From Candidatus Peribacter riflensis (GTDB taxonomy: Bacteria > Patescibacteriota > Gracilibacteria > Peribacterales > Peribacteraceae): DNA of 32,000 bases. Position 1 is the stretch's first letter. Every line of letters starts with the position of its first letter. The notes under the pieces are model-generated. The model saw nothing but the letters and a program-made list of their open reading frames with translations. It did no database searches and had not been told where the DNA came from. The stretch is from contig CP013062.1 in the NCBI GenBank assembly GCA_001430755.1, positions 1,216,027 to 1,248,026 on the forward strand. Reading direction: 5' to 3'. Shown here piece after piece: positions 1 to 8,700 of the stretch. A program made the translations under genes and the position numbers.

Positions 1-404
1 GTTTAGACAAAGATAGCGAAGGATTGCTGCTGTTCACCAATGACGGCGTGCTTGCCAACCGTCTCACCCATCCAAAATTCGATCACGAAAAAGAGTACGA
101 AGTCACCGTGACGTATCCCATCACCGAGGGGGCGCTGGAGAAAATGCGGAAGGGGATGATGATTCTCGGCGAAAAGACGAAGCCGGCGCTTGTACGCAAG
201 ACGGGAACGAAAACATTTTCGATCACGCTCACCGAAGGCAAGAACCGCCAGATCCGGCGCATGTGTCAGAAAGTGGGCGCGGAGGTGGTGCGTCTGGTGC
301 GCACGCGGATCATGACCATCCGCGATCTCCAGTTGAAACCGGGGCGCATGCGTGCTCTGACGGATGCGGAACGGGTGGGACTCCTGGCTGCCGTTGGTCT
401 ATAA
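1..404 (+). CDS. RsuA/RluB/RluF-family rRNA pseudouridine synthase, C-terminal part (5' end lies upstream of the window)
   Basis: Frame 3 is open from base 3. The translation starts LDKDSEGLLLFTNDG, the catalytic-Asp motif of this family, and later contains GKNRQIRRM. TAA stop at 402-404. Confidence 0.85.
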   Translation, partial: LDKDSEGLLLFTNDGVLANRLTHPKFDHEKEYEVTVTYPITEGALEKMRKGMMILGEKTKPALVRKTGTKTFSITLTEGKNRQIRRMCQKVGAEVVRLVRTRIMTIRDLQLKPGRMRALTDAERVGLLAAVGL

Positions 405-490
405 TAAGAAGGAAGAATTATGAACGAAGCATCGGAGAAGACCCTCATTATTCTTCATTCTGTATCCATCATTCTTTTCTTTCCCAGGAT

Positions 491-1954
491 ATGAAATTTA
501 TTCCCCACGGCGCAGCGCGCGAAGTGACCGGAACCTGCCACGAAATCCAGGTGCAGACACCGGGAGGGATGCGGCGCGTGCTGCTCGATTGCGGTCTCTT
601 TCAGGGCAAGCGCGCGGAATCGGCACAGAAGAATGCTGTATTCACGTTCGATCCCGGCAAAGATATCGATGCCGTTGTCCTCACCCATGCGCACATGGAT
701 CACGTGGGGCGCATTCCCGTGCTCTTTAAGCGCGGTTTTGCCGGGCCGGTCTTCTGCACGTACGCCACCAAAGATCTGGCCGAGGTGATGCTGCAGGATG
801 GCGGCTACATCCAGGAGAAAGACGAAGAGTACTTCCGCAAGCACATTAGCAAATCCCGTCTGCCCACCGAAGGTCCGCTCTATACGCAAGCGGATGCCAA
901 ATCGTGTCTGGTGCTCTTCCGGGGCGAGAATATGGGCGAGTGGTTTCCTGTCTGCGACGGGGTCAGGGCGCAGTTCATCGAGGCCGGGCACATCGTGGGG
1001 GCAGTGATGGTCGTGCTCGAGGTCACGGAAAGCCCGTCTCCGTCCGGCTCCGTGTCCGCTTCGCCGGGACTGCGCCGTGGCAATCCGGCTGTTCGCCGGA
1101 TTGGATTCAGCGGAGATCTGGGTCGCAACTTGCTCCCCATCATCCGCGATCCCGCCCCCATGCCTCCGGTCGAGACACTCATCTGCGAGAGTACGTACGG
1201 CAACCGTGCGCATGAAGATATCGATACCGCACGCCATCACCTGCGCGACGCAATCGTGCGCACGGCGCAGCGCGGCGGCAAAGTGCTGATTCCCGCTTTC
1301 TCGCTCGAACGCGCGCAAGAAATCCTCTTCGACCTCCATTTACTCTGGGATCAGAAAGAGATTCCCGCACTGCCCGTGATCGTGGATTCGCCGCTCACCA
1401 CCAAGGTGACCGAGGTCTTCATGAAACACCCGGAGTGTTACGACAAAGACATGTATGAGAAGTTCCTCGCCAAGGCGAAGAATCCGTTCCAGTTCTCGCT
1501 CGTGCGCTTCACCGAAACGCCAGAAGAGAGCAAGGCGCTCAACACGACTCCGGGTCCGATGGTCATTCTGGCGGGGTCGGGCATGTGCGAGGCGGGACGC
1601 ATCCGGCACCATCTGAAGAACGGCATTGAGGATGCGCGAAATACGGTGGTCGCGGTGGGGTACATGGCCGAGAACACGCTGGGCCGCCGGCTGATTGACC
1701 CGACCGTGACGCAGGTGAAGATCTTCGACGAGCTCCTGACAAAGAAGGCCGAGGTCGTGAGCATCGCCGCGTACTCCGGTCATGCCGATATGGCCGACTT
1801 GGACCGCTTCATCCTGCAGACGGAGGGCGTGCAGCATCTCATTTTGGTCCACGGGGAGCCGTCGCAAATGGATCCGCTGGCGGAGCGCATGGCGCACGTG
1901 CGGTCGGGCATGACGATCCACAAGCCGGCCCGGGAGGAAGAAGTGGCGCTCTGA
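491..1954 (+). CDS. MBL-fold metallo-hydrolase of the beta-CASP (CPSF73 / RNase J-like) RNA-metabolising family
   Basis: ATG at 491 (MKFIPHGAAREVTG), preceded by AGGA. Motifs seen: HxHxDH (THAHMDHVG), AGHIVGA, SGDLG, ESTYG, C-terminal SGHAD and VHGE, in the order expected for MBL plus beta-CASP motifs A-C. The ORF-track start at 263 overlaps the upstream gene and has no in-frame Met before 491. TGA stop at 1952-1954. Confidence 0.85.
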   Translation: MKFIPHGAAREVTGTCHEIQVQTPGGMRRVLLDCGLFQGKRAESAQKNAVFTFDPGKDIDAVVLTHAHMDHVGRIPVLFKRGFAGPVFCTYATKDLAEVMLQDGGYIQEKDEEYFRKHISKSRLPTEGPLYTQADAKSCLVLFRGENMGEWFPVCDGVRAQFIEAGHIVGAVMVVLEVTESPSPSGSVSASPGLRRGNPAVRRIGFSGDLGRNLLPIIRDPAPMPPVETLICESTYGNRAHEDIDTARHHLRDAIVRTAQRGGKVLIPAFSLERAQEILFDLHLLWDQKEIPALPVIVDSPLTTKVTEVFMKHPECYDKDMYEKFLAKAKNPFQFSLVRFTETPEESKALNTTPGPMVILAGSGMCEAGRIRHHLKNGIEDARNTVVAVGYMAENTLGRRLIDPTVTQVKIFDELLTKKAEVVSIAAYSGHADMADLDRFILQTEGVQHLILVHGEPSQMDPLAERMAHVRSGMTIHKPAREEEVAL

Positions 1955-2075
1955 ACGGAGTGCGGCTCTCTGGAGGGCGAATGTCTGTGTTCGGTTTCCA
2001 TTCAACAATTTTGCATTCGCGCAAGAACTCGCGCGGAGCGGGACGGCATAAAAGTGATACAGTGGCGCAAAGTCC

Positions 2076-5000
2076 ATGTTCCGGGCGTTTCGCACTCTCT
2101 TCTCGGCAGCATTTCTCAAGGGCGGGTTCGGCCTTGTGGGCATTGTCGCGCTTGCGTGGGCGCTCAATCAGGATGTGCAGAGCCCGGGTTTTCTGCGGGC
2201 GCAGACAGCAACATCGGGCGCCTTGGTCTGTTGGGGGAATGACTACGGGTATGCTCCGCCAGCCGGCGATTGGACTGATGTGACGGCCGGCTCAGCGTTC
2301 GCGTGTGCCATACGCGCCGCCGATGGCACGGTGGCGTGCTGGGGGGATAACCCCTACGGCCAAACGAATGCGCCTGCCGGACGATTTCAGAAGATCGATG
2401 CCGGAACGATGCATATGTGTGGCATCAAAGAAGACGGCTCGGTGGCCTGCTGGGGGACGAACAGCCATGGAGAATCGAATCCTCCCACGGGTAGATTCAT
2501 CGACATTACGGCGTCCCTCTCGTATTCCTGTGGCATCAAAGAAGACGGAACGATCGTCTGCTGGGGAGAGAATGTGAAAGGACAATTGAATGCGCCAACC
2601 GGAACATTCGTGCAGCTGACGGCGGAGGGCAATCATGGGTGCGCCCTGAAAGCGGATGGAACAGTCATGTGTTGGGGGGAGAATGTCAGCGGGTCCACCA
2701 CTCCTCCGGCAGGCACGTTCCGTCTCGTCGAAGCGGGATATGCCTATACGTGCGGCATCAAGACGGATGGAACACTGCAATGCTGGGGTCATGGCGGCGA
2801 AGGGCAAACCACCGCGCCGGCGGGGGCATTTTCTGATGTGGAGCTGGGAGTGAACCATGCGTGCGGTCTCCGGCAGGACGGGACGATCGTGTGTTGGGGA
2901 ATGAGCGTCGGCGGTCAAACGAATCCGCCCACGGGAACCTTCACGGATATTGGTGTGGGGCTGTACCATGGTTGTGCGATTAGAGTCTCTGCGGGGAACA
3001 GTTCCTCATCCGTCTCCGTACAGTCCTGCCCATTGGGGTACACCTGCTCGAAGATCACGTCGTTTTCGTGCGGGTCCTTGCAGCTTCCGCTTTGCACACT
3101 CGAATACAGCGGCTCGTGCGGAACACCCTCCTGTCAAGGGGTGTGTTTCCGGTGTCAGTCGAGCTCTTCTTCCACTCCCTCTGCGAGTATCACAGGTTCT
3201 GTGCAGCTCCCCAGCAGTGTTCCTCGCGGGGGCACCATCGTGTACCGCGTGACTGCTACGAATAACGGCAGTCAGCCTCTTTCGCAAATCGACGTGTATG
3301 TGCAATCAGCCGCGGCCAACACATTTGATGCCTCGCTCTCTGATTCCAGATGTGTCGGAGGCACGAATACGCAGAGTGTTGCCAACTGCGCCATTCCAAC
3401 GCTGGCGGCCGGGCAGTCTGTGACTGTGGATGTCGGGTTCAGGCTAGGGGCCGCTTTGTCATGTTCTGCGGTCATCAATTCCACTGTCTCGGTCAGAAGC
3501 ACGACCCCCTCGACCGTCTGGAATAGTGAGCTATTGCTGACGCCGGTGACCTGCGTGTCATCGAGCTCGAGTAGTAGTGTGCAAGGGAGCAGTTGTGTCG
3601 ATTCTGACGGCGGTATGAACCTTGATGTCGCCGGCACCGTCACCAGCACGTCCTGCAGCGGTTTTCCGCCGACGTGCATCACGGAAACGCACGCAGATGA
3701 GTGCGATGATCGTCCCGGTTATGAGAATGATATTGTTGAGTATTTCTGTGGCGGAGCGACGACAACGGATTGCGCAAACGGAAAGATCTGCCGCAACGGC
3801 GCCTGTGTTTTGAGTGCTTCCTCCTCTTCCTCCGCTGGGCAATGTATCGAAGGCATGCAGTACTGGGTGCCGGTGACTCTGACGCCTGCCAAAGACCTCA
3901 GGGCCTCGTGGCCCGGCACCGGCGACGCGTCGTACGTCGCCTATCTGAAGAGCACCAACGAAGTTTATCTCTCGCGCCTGTCGCTCTCTGGTCTTTCGAT
4001 CACCAAGGCAACGGATGCGCGGATTTCGGGTGGCAGTTCGCTTGTAGATGTGGTGGCCCTCACGCCTTCCGATATCTTCGTGGTCTACGACGACTCTGCC
4101 AGCCAGCGCTGCAAAGCCGTTCTGGTGCGCTGGTCAGGCGGCAATGCTGTCATCGGAACGCCGGTGGATGTGCCGGCATCGCAGTACAACCCCCGCTGTG
4201 ACACCGTGCTCATCGCCCGCAAGCTCTCGGAGGGCAGGATTGCGCTGCTCTGGGGCCTTGACCAGAACTATCCCACGCGCCTCGGCGCGACTACGGCGAC
4301 GGTGGATGTCGCTGCCGGCACGATCGCATTTGGCCCCATTCCCCAGGAGCTCTCTTATTTCGTTGGGACCTATCAGGGCTCCCCCTTCGGGGACAGGGGC
4401 AAGCAGGTGGAGGTGGTGGTGCGCGATGCGAATACCATCGCGATCATCGGCAGGGCCGGCGGCGCCATAGTTTCTCAGCCCCGGTGGTTCGCCAATCTGT
4501 TCGCGTGGACCACATCCAGAAGCGGGGGAGTCGGTGCGGCGGGCATGTGGGTGCGCGATTGCGCGATCAACGGTTCCACGTTCACCTGCGATGATCAGTC
4601 GGGAGGCAGCGTTGGCGCAACCGGCTATGAAGTGAGCGGGGCAAAGGTCGGATCGAATTTCGTCGTTGCGCCGACGTTGATCGGCAGCGGGCCCGGCGTC
4701 TCGGTTGAGGGCAAGACCGTCTCGGGATGGGGAGGTGCTCAGATTCCGGAATGGGAGAATAGCTGGACCAGCTTTTATACCTTTGTGCCGCTCTCGAACG
4801 GGCAGTTTATGATCACGGCGAAGACGCAGAATTCCACGATGGCTGCGCTGGGGCGCATCACCACCAGCGATATCGTCTGGTCGGCAATTACATCTCCTCC
4901 CGGCAGTAAGGTAGTCATTCCGGCAGGCGCCCAGGACAAATTTCTCTTCTTCTACTATCCGGATTCCGGTCAGTCGAATGGCCAGACCGCTGTGACGGCC

Positions 5001-5723
5001 GGCCAGTACACGGCGGATTGTCCGGGTTGCGGCAACGGGCAGTTGGATCCGGGCGAACAGTGCGGCGAACCGGGCTTGTCGTGTTCCGCGGGCCGGACAT
5101 GCCAGAGCTGCCAGTGCACTCTCATTCCTGCATCATCCTCTTCATCGCGTCCCGCGGTCTGCGGCAATGGCCAACTCGAGGGAGTGGAACAGTGTGAACA
5201 GGGAGTCCCCTGCGCACTTTCGGGAAGGCAGTGCAATTTCGGCACCTGCCAGTGTGTGCTTATCGTGCCATCCTCTTCCAGCTCCAGCGCGTCATCCGTT
5301 CCGGTTACGCCGGCGTCTTCCTCGCTGTCCGCTGCCTGCGGCAACGGTGTCCTGAATACGGGGGAACGGTGCGATACGACGGGCAATCTCGGCTGCGCCG
5401 CAAGCGAGACGTGCCAGAGCTGCACGGCGTGCACCCGCTGCGGCAACTTCGTCCTCGAGGAGGGCGAAGGGTGCGAAGTCGGCATTGCGTGTTCCTCGAG
5501 TCTGGCCTGCAACATCGGCACCTGCCGGTGCGAGACGGTCTTTAGCGGGATACAGACGCAGGCGCCTACCTGCGGTGACTTCCGCATCCAGCCGGGGGAG
5601 GACTGCGAATACGGCATCACGACGCCACAGCCGCCCTGTACCGGCAACGCTGTCTGCAACGTGCAGACCTGTCGGTGCCCCGCCGGCACGGCGCGCCACC
5701 CCCGTAACGCCCGTCTTCAGTGA
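2076..5723 (+). CDS. Giant secreted/surface protein 1 (1215 aa): N-terminal hydrophobic signal/anchor, 7-blade RCC1-like propeller, DUF11/CARDB-like domain, CxDxD Cys module, unknown beta-rich domain, 5 type-A Cys-rich repeats. No C-terminal anchor tail.
   Basis: Uninterrupted 3.6 kb ORF. N-terminus GGFGLVGIVALAWAL. Seven ~37 aa CWG..G....P.G.F......H.CG...DG repeats. TIVYRVTATNNGSQPL resembles the DUF11 conserved repeat. Five CGNG..E..E.C..C..C..C.C repeats at the 3' end. It ends CRCPAGTARHPRNARLQ with no TGP/AAGAAAG/RRR tail. Confidence 0.9.
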   Translation: MFRAFRTLFSAAFLKGGFGLVGIVALAWALNQDVQSPGFLRAQTATSGALVCWGNDYGYAPPAGDWTDVTAGSAFACAIRAADGTVACWGDNPYGQTNAPAGRFQKIDAGTMHMCGIKEDGSVACWGTNSHGESNPPTGRFIDITASLSYSCGIKEDGTIVCWGENVKGQLNAPTGTFVQLTAEGNHGCALKADGTVMCWGENVSGSTTPPAGTFRLVEAGYAYTCGIKTDGTLQCWGHGGEGQTTAPAGAFSDVELGVNHACGLRQDGTIVCWGMSVGGQTNPPTGTFTDIGVGLYHGCAIRVSAGNSSSSVSVQSCPLGYTCSKITSFSCGSLQLPLCTLEYSGSCGTPSCQGVCFRCQSSSSSTPSASITGSVQLPSSVPRGGTIVYRVTATNNGSQPLSQIDVYVQSAAANTFDASLSDSRCVGGTNTQSVANCAIPTLAAGQSVTVDVGFRLGAALSCSAVINSTVSVRSTTPSTVWNSELLLTPVTCVSSSSSSSVQGSSCVDSDGGMNLDVAGTVTSTSCSGFPPTCITETHADECDDRPGYENDIVEYFCGGATTTDCANGKICRNGACVLSASSSSSAGQCIEGMQYWVPVTLTPAKDLRASWPGTGDASYVAYLKSTNEVYLSRLSLSGLSITKATDARISGGSSLVDVVALTPSDIFVVYDDSASQRCKAVLVRWSGGNAVIGTPVDVPASQYNPRCDTVLIARKLSEGRIALLWGLDQNYPTRLGATTATVDVAAGTIAFGPIPQELSYFVGTYQGSPFGDRGKQVEVVVRDANTIAIIGRAGGAIVSQPRWFANLFAWTTSRSGGVGAAGMWVRDCAINGSTFTCDDQSGGSVGATGYEVSGAKVGSNFVVAPTLIGSGPGVSVEGKTVSGWGGAQIPEWENSWTSFYTFVPLSNGQFMITAKTQNSTMAALGRITTSDIVWSAITSPPGSKVVIPAGAQDKFLFFYYPDSGQSNGQTAVTAGQYTADCPGCGNGQLDPGEQCGEPGLSCSAGRTCQSCQCTLIPASSSSSRPAVCGNGQLEGVEQCEQGVPCALSGRQCNFGTCQCVLIVPSSSSSSASSVPVTPASSSLSAACGNGVLNTGERCDTTGNLGCAASETCQSCTACTRCGNFVLEEGEGCEVGIACSSSLACNIGTCRCETVFSGIQTQAPTCGDFRIQPGEDCEYGITTPQPPCTGNAVCNVQTCRCPAGTARHPRNARLQ
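2217..2990 (+). repeat. Seven tandem ~37 aa (~111-114 bp) RCC1-like blades, a predicted 7-blade beta-propeller
   Basis: Seven in-frame units each contain CWG, then G(Q/E)..(A/P)P.G.F, then H.CG(I/L)..DG(T/S). This is consistent with the short RCC1_2-type repeat. Confidence 0.75.
5017..5678 (+). repeat. Five type-A Cys-rich repeats forming the stalk of protein 1
   Basis: Examples: CGNGQLDPGEQCGEPGLSCSAGRTCQSCQC, CGNGQLEGVEQCEQGVPCALSGRQCNFGTCQC, CGNGVLNTGERC..., CGNFVLEEGEGCEVGIACSSSLACNIGTCRC, CGDFRIQPGEDCE...CNVQTCRC. Poly-Ser linkers separate them. Confidence 0.8.
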
Positions 5724-8700
5724 TCCGCATGATTCTTTCTTCCCTCCGCTTCCGGCAGATTGCCATCCTCCTCGCACTCGTCGTGACGGGGATGCTCATC
5801 GGCAACTTCGTGGGCAGTGGAGGGCGCTGGCAGGCGCAGGTGGCGCCGCCGGCCGTCTGCGGCAACAGCCGGTGCGAGCTCGGCGAGCGGAGGACGCTGC
5901 GCATCCCGTCACTTCCGATTTTCAGAACCGAGAATGACGGTGAGGTCATCATCGGACACGCGGTCTCGTACGCGGGCGATACCGACGGCAACGGCGCGGG
6001 CGACCTGCTCGTTGTGGGGACAGAAGCAGATTACGGGTCATACGATTCTGCTGCCCGCAAGAAGGTGTGGCTCGTGCGCATGGAACAGGACGGACGGATG
6101 AAATCGTACAGCCAGATCGCCGGACCGGAGTGGGGGTACCAATATGCTGAAGGAGGTTTCGCTGCAGGAGTTACGCTGGTGCAAAATCCCCAGGGTACCC
6201 CCGTGTACGCGGTCAGCAGCAACGAAAACAGCTATCCGAACTACACGGCTATCCGTTTCTATGACCAGTCAGGAGGTGCGATGGGAACATCCGGCGACGG
6301 CATCACCAATCTGCCGCATCACGTGCTCGCCGGCATCGGCGACATCGACGGCAATGGCATCGGCGATCTGGCGGTGGCCAACCAGTATGCAGACACCCCC
6401 TACGGCATGGGCAAAATCACAGTGGTGTTGCTCGAAGCGAATTACTCGGTCAAGTCTACGCATGTCATCGCTTCGGAAGGGGACGGTTTCGGCACCGATG
6501 ATCTGGCGATGGGCGGTCGGTCGATCACAGCGCTCGGCGATCTGGATGGCGATGGCTTGAAAGAAATCGCCGTGGGTAACGGCAATACCGGCGGCGGTGA
6601 GATGGGTTCGGTGTACATCTTGTCGCTGCGCGCGGATGGCAGTGTGGCAGACAAGCGGCTGCTGACACCCGGCAGCGATTTCACGCTGCAGGGCGAGCTC
6701 AACGGGTTTGCCAACAGCCTCGCGGGGGTCGGCGACTGGAACGGCGACGGCGTGCCCGATCTCGCCGTGCTGTCGTACGAGTACGTCGAACACCCTCCTC
6801 TTGTCGGGTCACACGCGTCGCCTGTCATTCACATTCTCTTGCTCACGGCGCAGAAAGGGGTGGCGGGTACGCAATCCTTCCGGTATGCGGATCTGGGGGC
6901 GTTCGCCGGAGCCGCCGTTTTCGGCAACGGCTGGCCGCTTGCTGCCATGCCCGATCAGGACGGCGACGGCAAGATGGAACTGATCTTGGGCGTGCCCGGC
7001 GACGGCTCGTGCGGGGGGCAGATTTCGAACCCGCAGGGGGCAGTGCACGTGATCCTGTCGCGCGCGATGACCGCGTGCCCGGGCGACTGCAATTTCTGCC
7101 CGCAATTGTCCTACACGCCCGCGCGGTCATCGCGGTACTTCTTTACTCCCGGCTACAGCACCCTTCCCCCGCTCGCGAGCTGCGGTAACAGCCAGTGCAA
7201 CGCGGGCGAGATGAATCCGGTTGTGCTGCAGGGGGCGGATGCGAATCAGCCGTACGTTGCGCTCTCTCTGTTCATGGGCACGAAATCCCTCGATACCTTG
7301 GGCGATTTCGACGGAGACGGCGTCGATGATCTGGTACTGGGGGGCGTGACGCAGAATGTGGCGGGTGTGGATCGTTACGGCATGAACGAGGTGCAGATTG
7401 TCCGTCTCAATTCCAACGGCACCCAGAAATCGGTCACCCGCATCTACGAAGGCACAAGTGGGCTGCAGACGGGCGATGCCGATGGTTCGTACATTGGCGC
7501 CATCGTCGCCTCGATCGGAGATCTCGATGCGGACGGCGTGCGCGATATTGCCGTATCGGCATTCCCGCAGTCCCGCACTCCCACATCGTATGCAGTATGG
7601 ATTCTGCTGCTGCGGTCGGATGGCACGGTGAAGTCGGCGCGCAAGATCGCAGCGGGGCAGGGCGGATTCACCGGTTCCATTGCGGAGAAGTTTGGTACGG
7701 CGCTGGAGGGAATCGGCGACTTCGACGGCGACGGCGTGCCCGATCTGGCCGTGGGTGATCCTGGTTACAGCACCTACAACACGGCCAAGGAAGGTCGGGT
7801 GCACTTGCTCATGCTCAACCGCAACGGGACGGTGAAATCCTCCAGGACCCTGTGGGCCTCGTCGTTCACGGCTGTGCCGAATACCAGCGACATGCTGCGT
7901 GCCTCGCACCCGTACATCCGGTTCGGGTCTGCGGTTGCATTTCTGGGCGACGTGCACTCTGACGGCAGAAAGTTCCTGGCGGTGGGGGGCGGCGAGAGCG
8001 TCTGGACCATGGCGTTCAATGTCGACGGGAGCCTGAACACGGTCAAGCGCACGCAGGGGACCGCAGTGTCACCCGCCGGCGATCAGGATGGCGACGGAAA
8101 GACAGACCTCATAATTTCGTACTCGCCTGATGAGCCTGCAGAAATCTGCCCTGAGTGTGAGCCAACCTATGACACCGCGTGGGCTGCGTACTACTCCGTT
8201 CTCACGGACGGCACACTGGAGCAGCTGTGGAATGCCAGCTACGGCAGTCTCTATCTTCCGGGTGGTGGAGGAACATGGTGGGGGAATCTTCCGGGGCGGG
8301 AGGTGGCGACCATCCGCGACTTAGACGGTGACCAGAAGCACGAGTTCATCATGCTGGATAGCGGCTCATTTACCTGCAGGGGGTCGTCGCACGTCGGCTT
8401 GGCGTGGCTGCTCTTCTCCGGCAGTTTGGGGCCCCGCTGCGAGGCCGATTGCGCCAGTGTGAATTTCTGCGCGGTACAGCAGCAGGCACCCGTGTGCGGC
8501 AACGGTACGGCGGAGTCGGGAGAGCAGTGCGGCGAACCCGGACTCTCGTGTTCCACCGGTCAGACATGCCAGAACTGTCTGTGTGTGGGAGGTACCTCCT
8601 CTTCACAGCAGAGCTTGGACGGTACGTGGGTGAATTGCCCGGCAGGGTGGGCCTGCAACAAGAGTCTGGATAGTGGAGTCTGCAATACGCGGTCGTTGAA

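Noticed and set aside
263-490. The 5' extension of the ORF-track entry 263-1954, which adds 76 codons upstream of MKFIPHG.
   Set aside because: It overlaps the 3' end of the pseudouridine synthase gene in another frame. It encodes low-complexity Gly/Arg/His-rich sequence and crosses the AT-richer intergenic stretch. The MBL homology starts at the Met at 491.
1955-2075. Possible promoter elements upstream of gene 1 (TTGCAT, and TGATACAGT as an extended -10), with similar guesses upstream of gene 3 (TGCTAATTT at about 12067) and gene 7 (TAGAGT at about 29110).
   Set aside because: The spacings to any -35-like hexamer are off, and the implied leaders are very short. The seven upstream regions share no motif. 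This is not enough evidence to annotate regulatory sites.
455-2167. Minus-strand ORFs of 294 aa (455-1339) and 275 aa (1340-2167), antisense to the beta-CASP gene.
   Set aside because: They are Arg/Ala/His/Gly-rich shadow ORFs typical of GC-rich DNA, and I saw no recognisable motifs. The + strand product carries a complete, ordered set of MBL/beta-CASP motifs.
5930-8455. The GD.DGDG.(P)D loops read as RTX nonapeptide repeats, or the giants read as Rhs/YD or polymorphic toxins.
   Set aside because: The spacing of ~50-60 aa between loops and the flanking hydrophobic strands fit FG-GAP/VCBS propeller blades, not tandem GGxGxDxUx nonapeptides. There are no YD repeats, no C-terminal toxin domain and no immunity gene. 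The C-termini are anchor-like.
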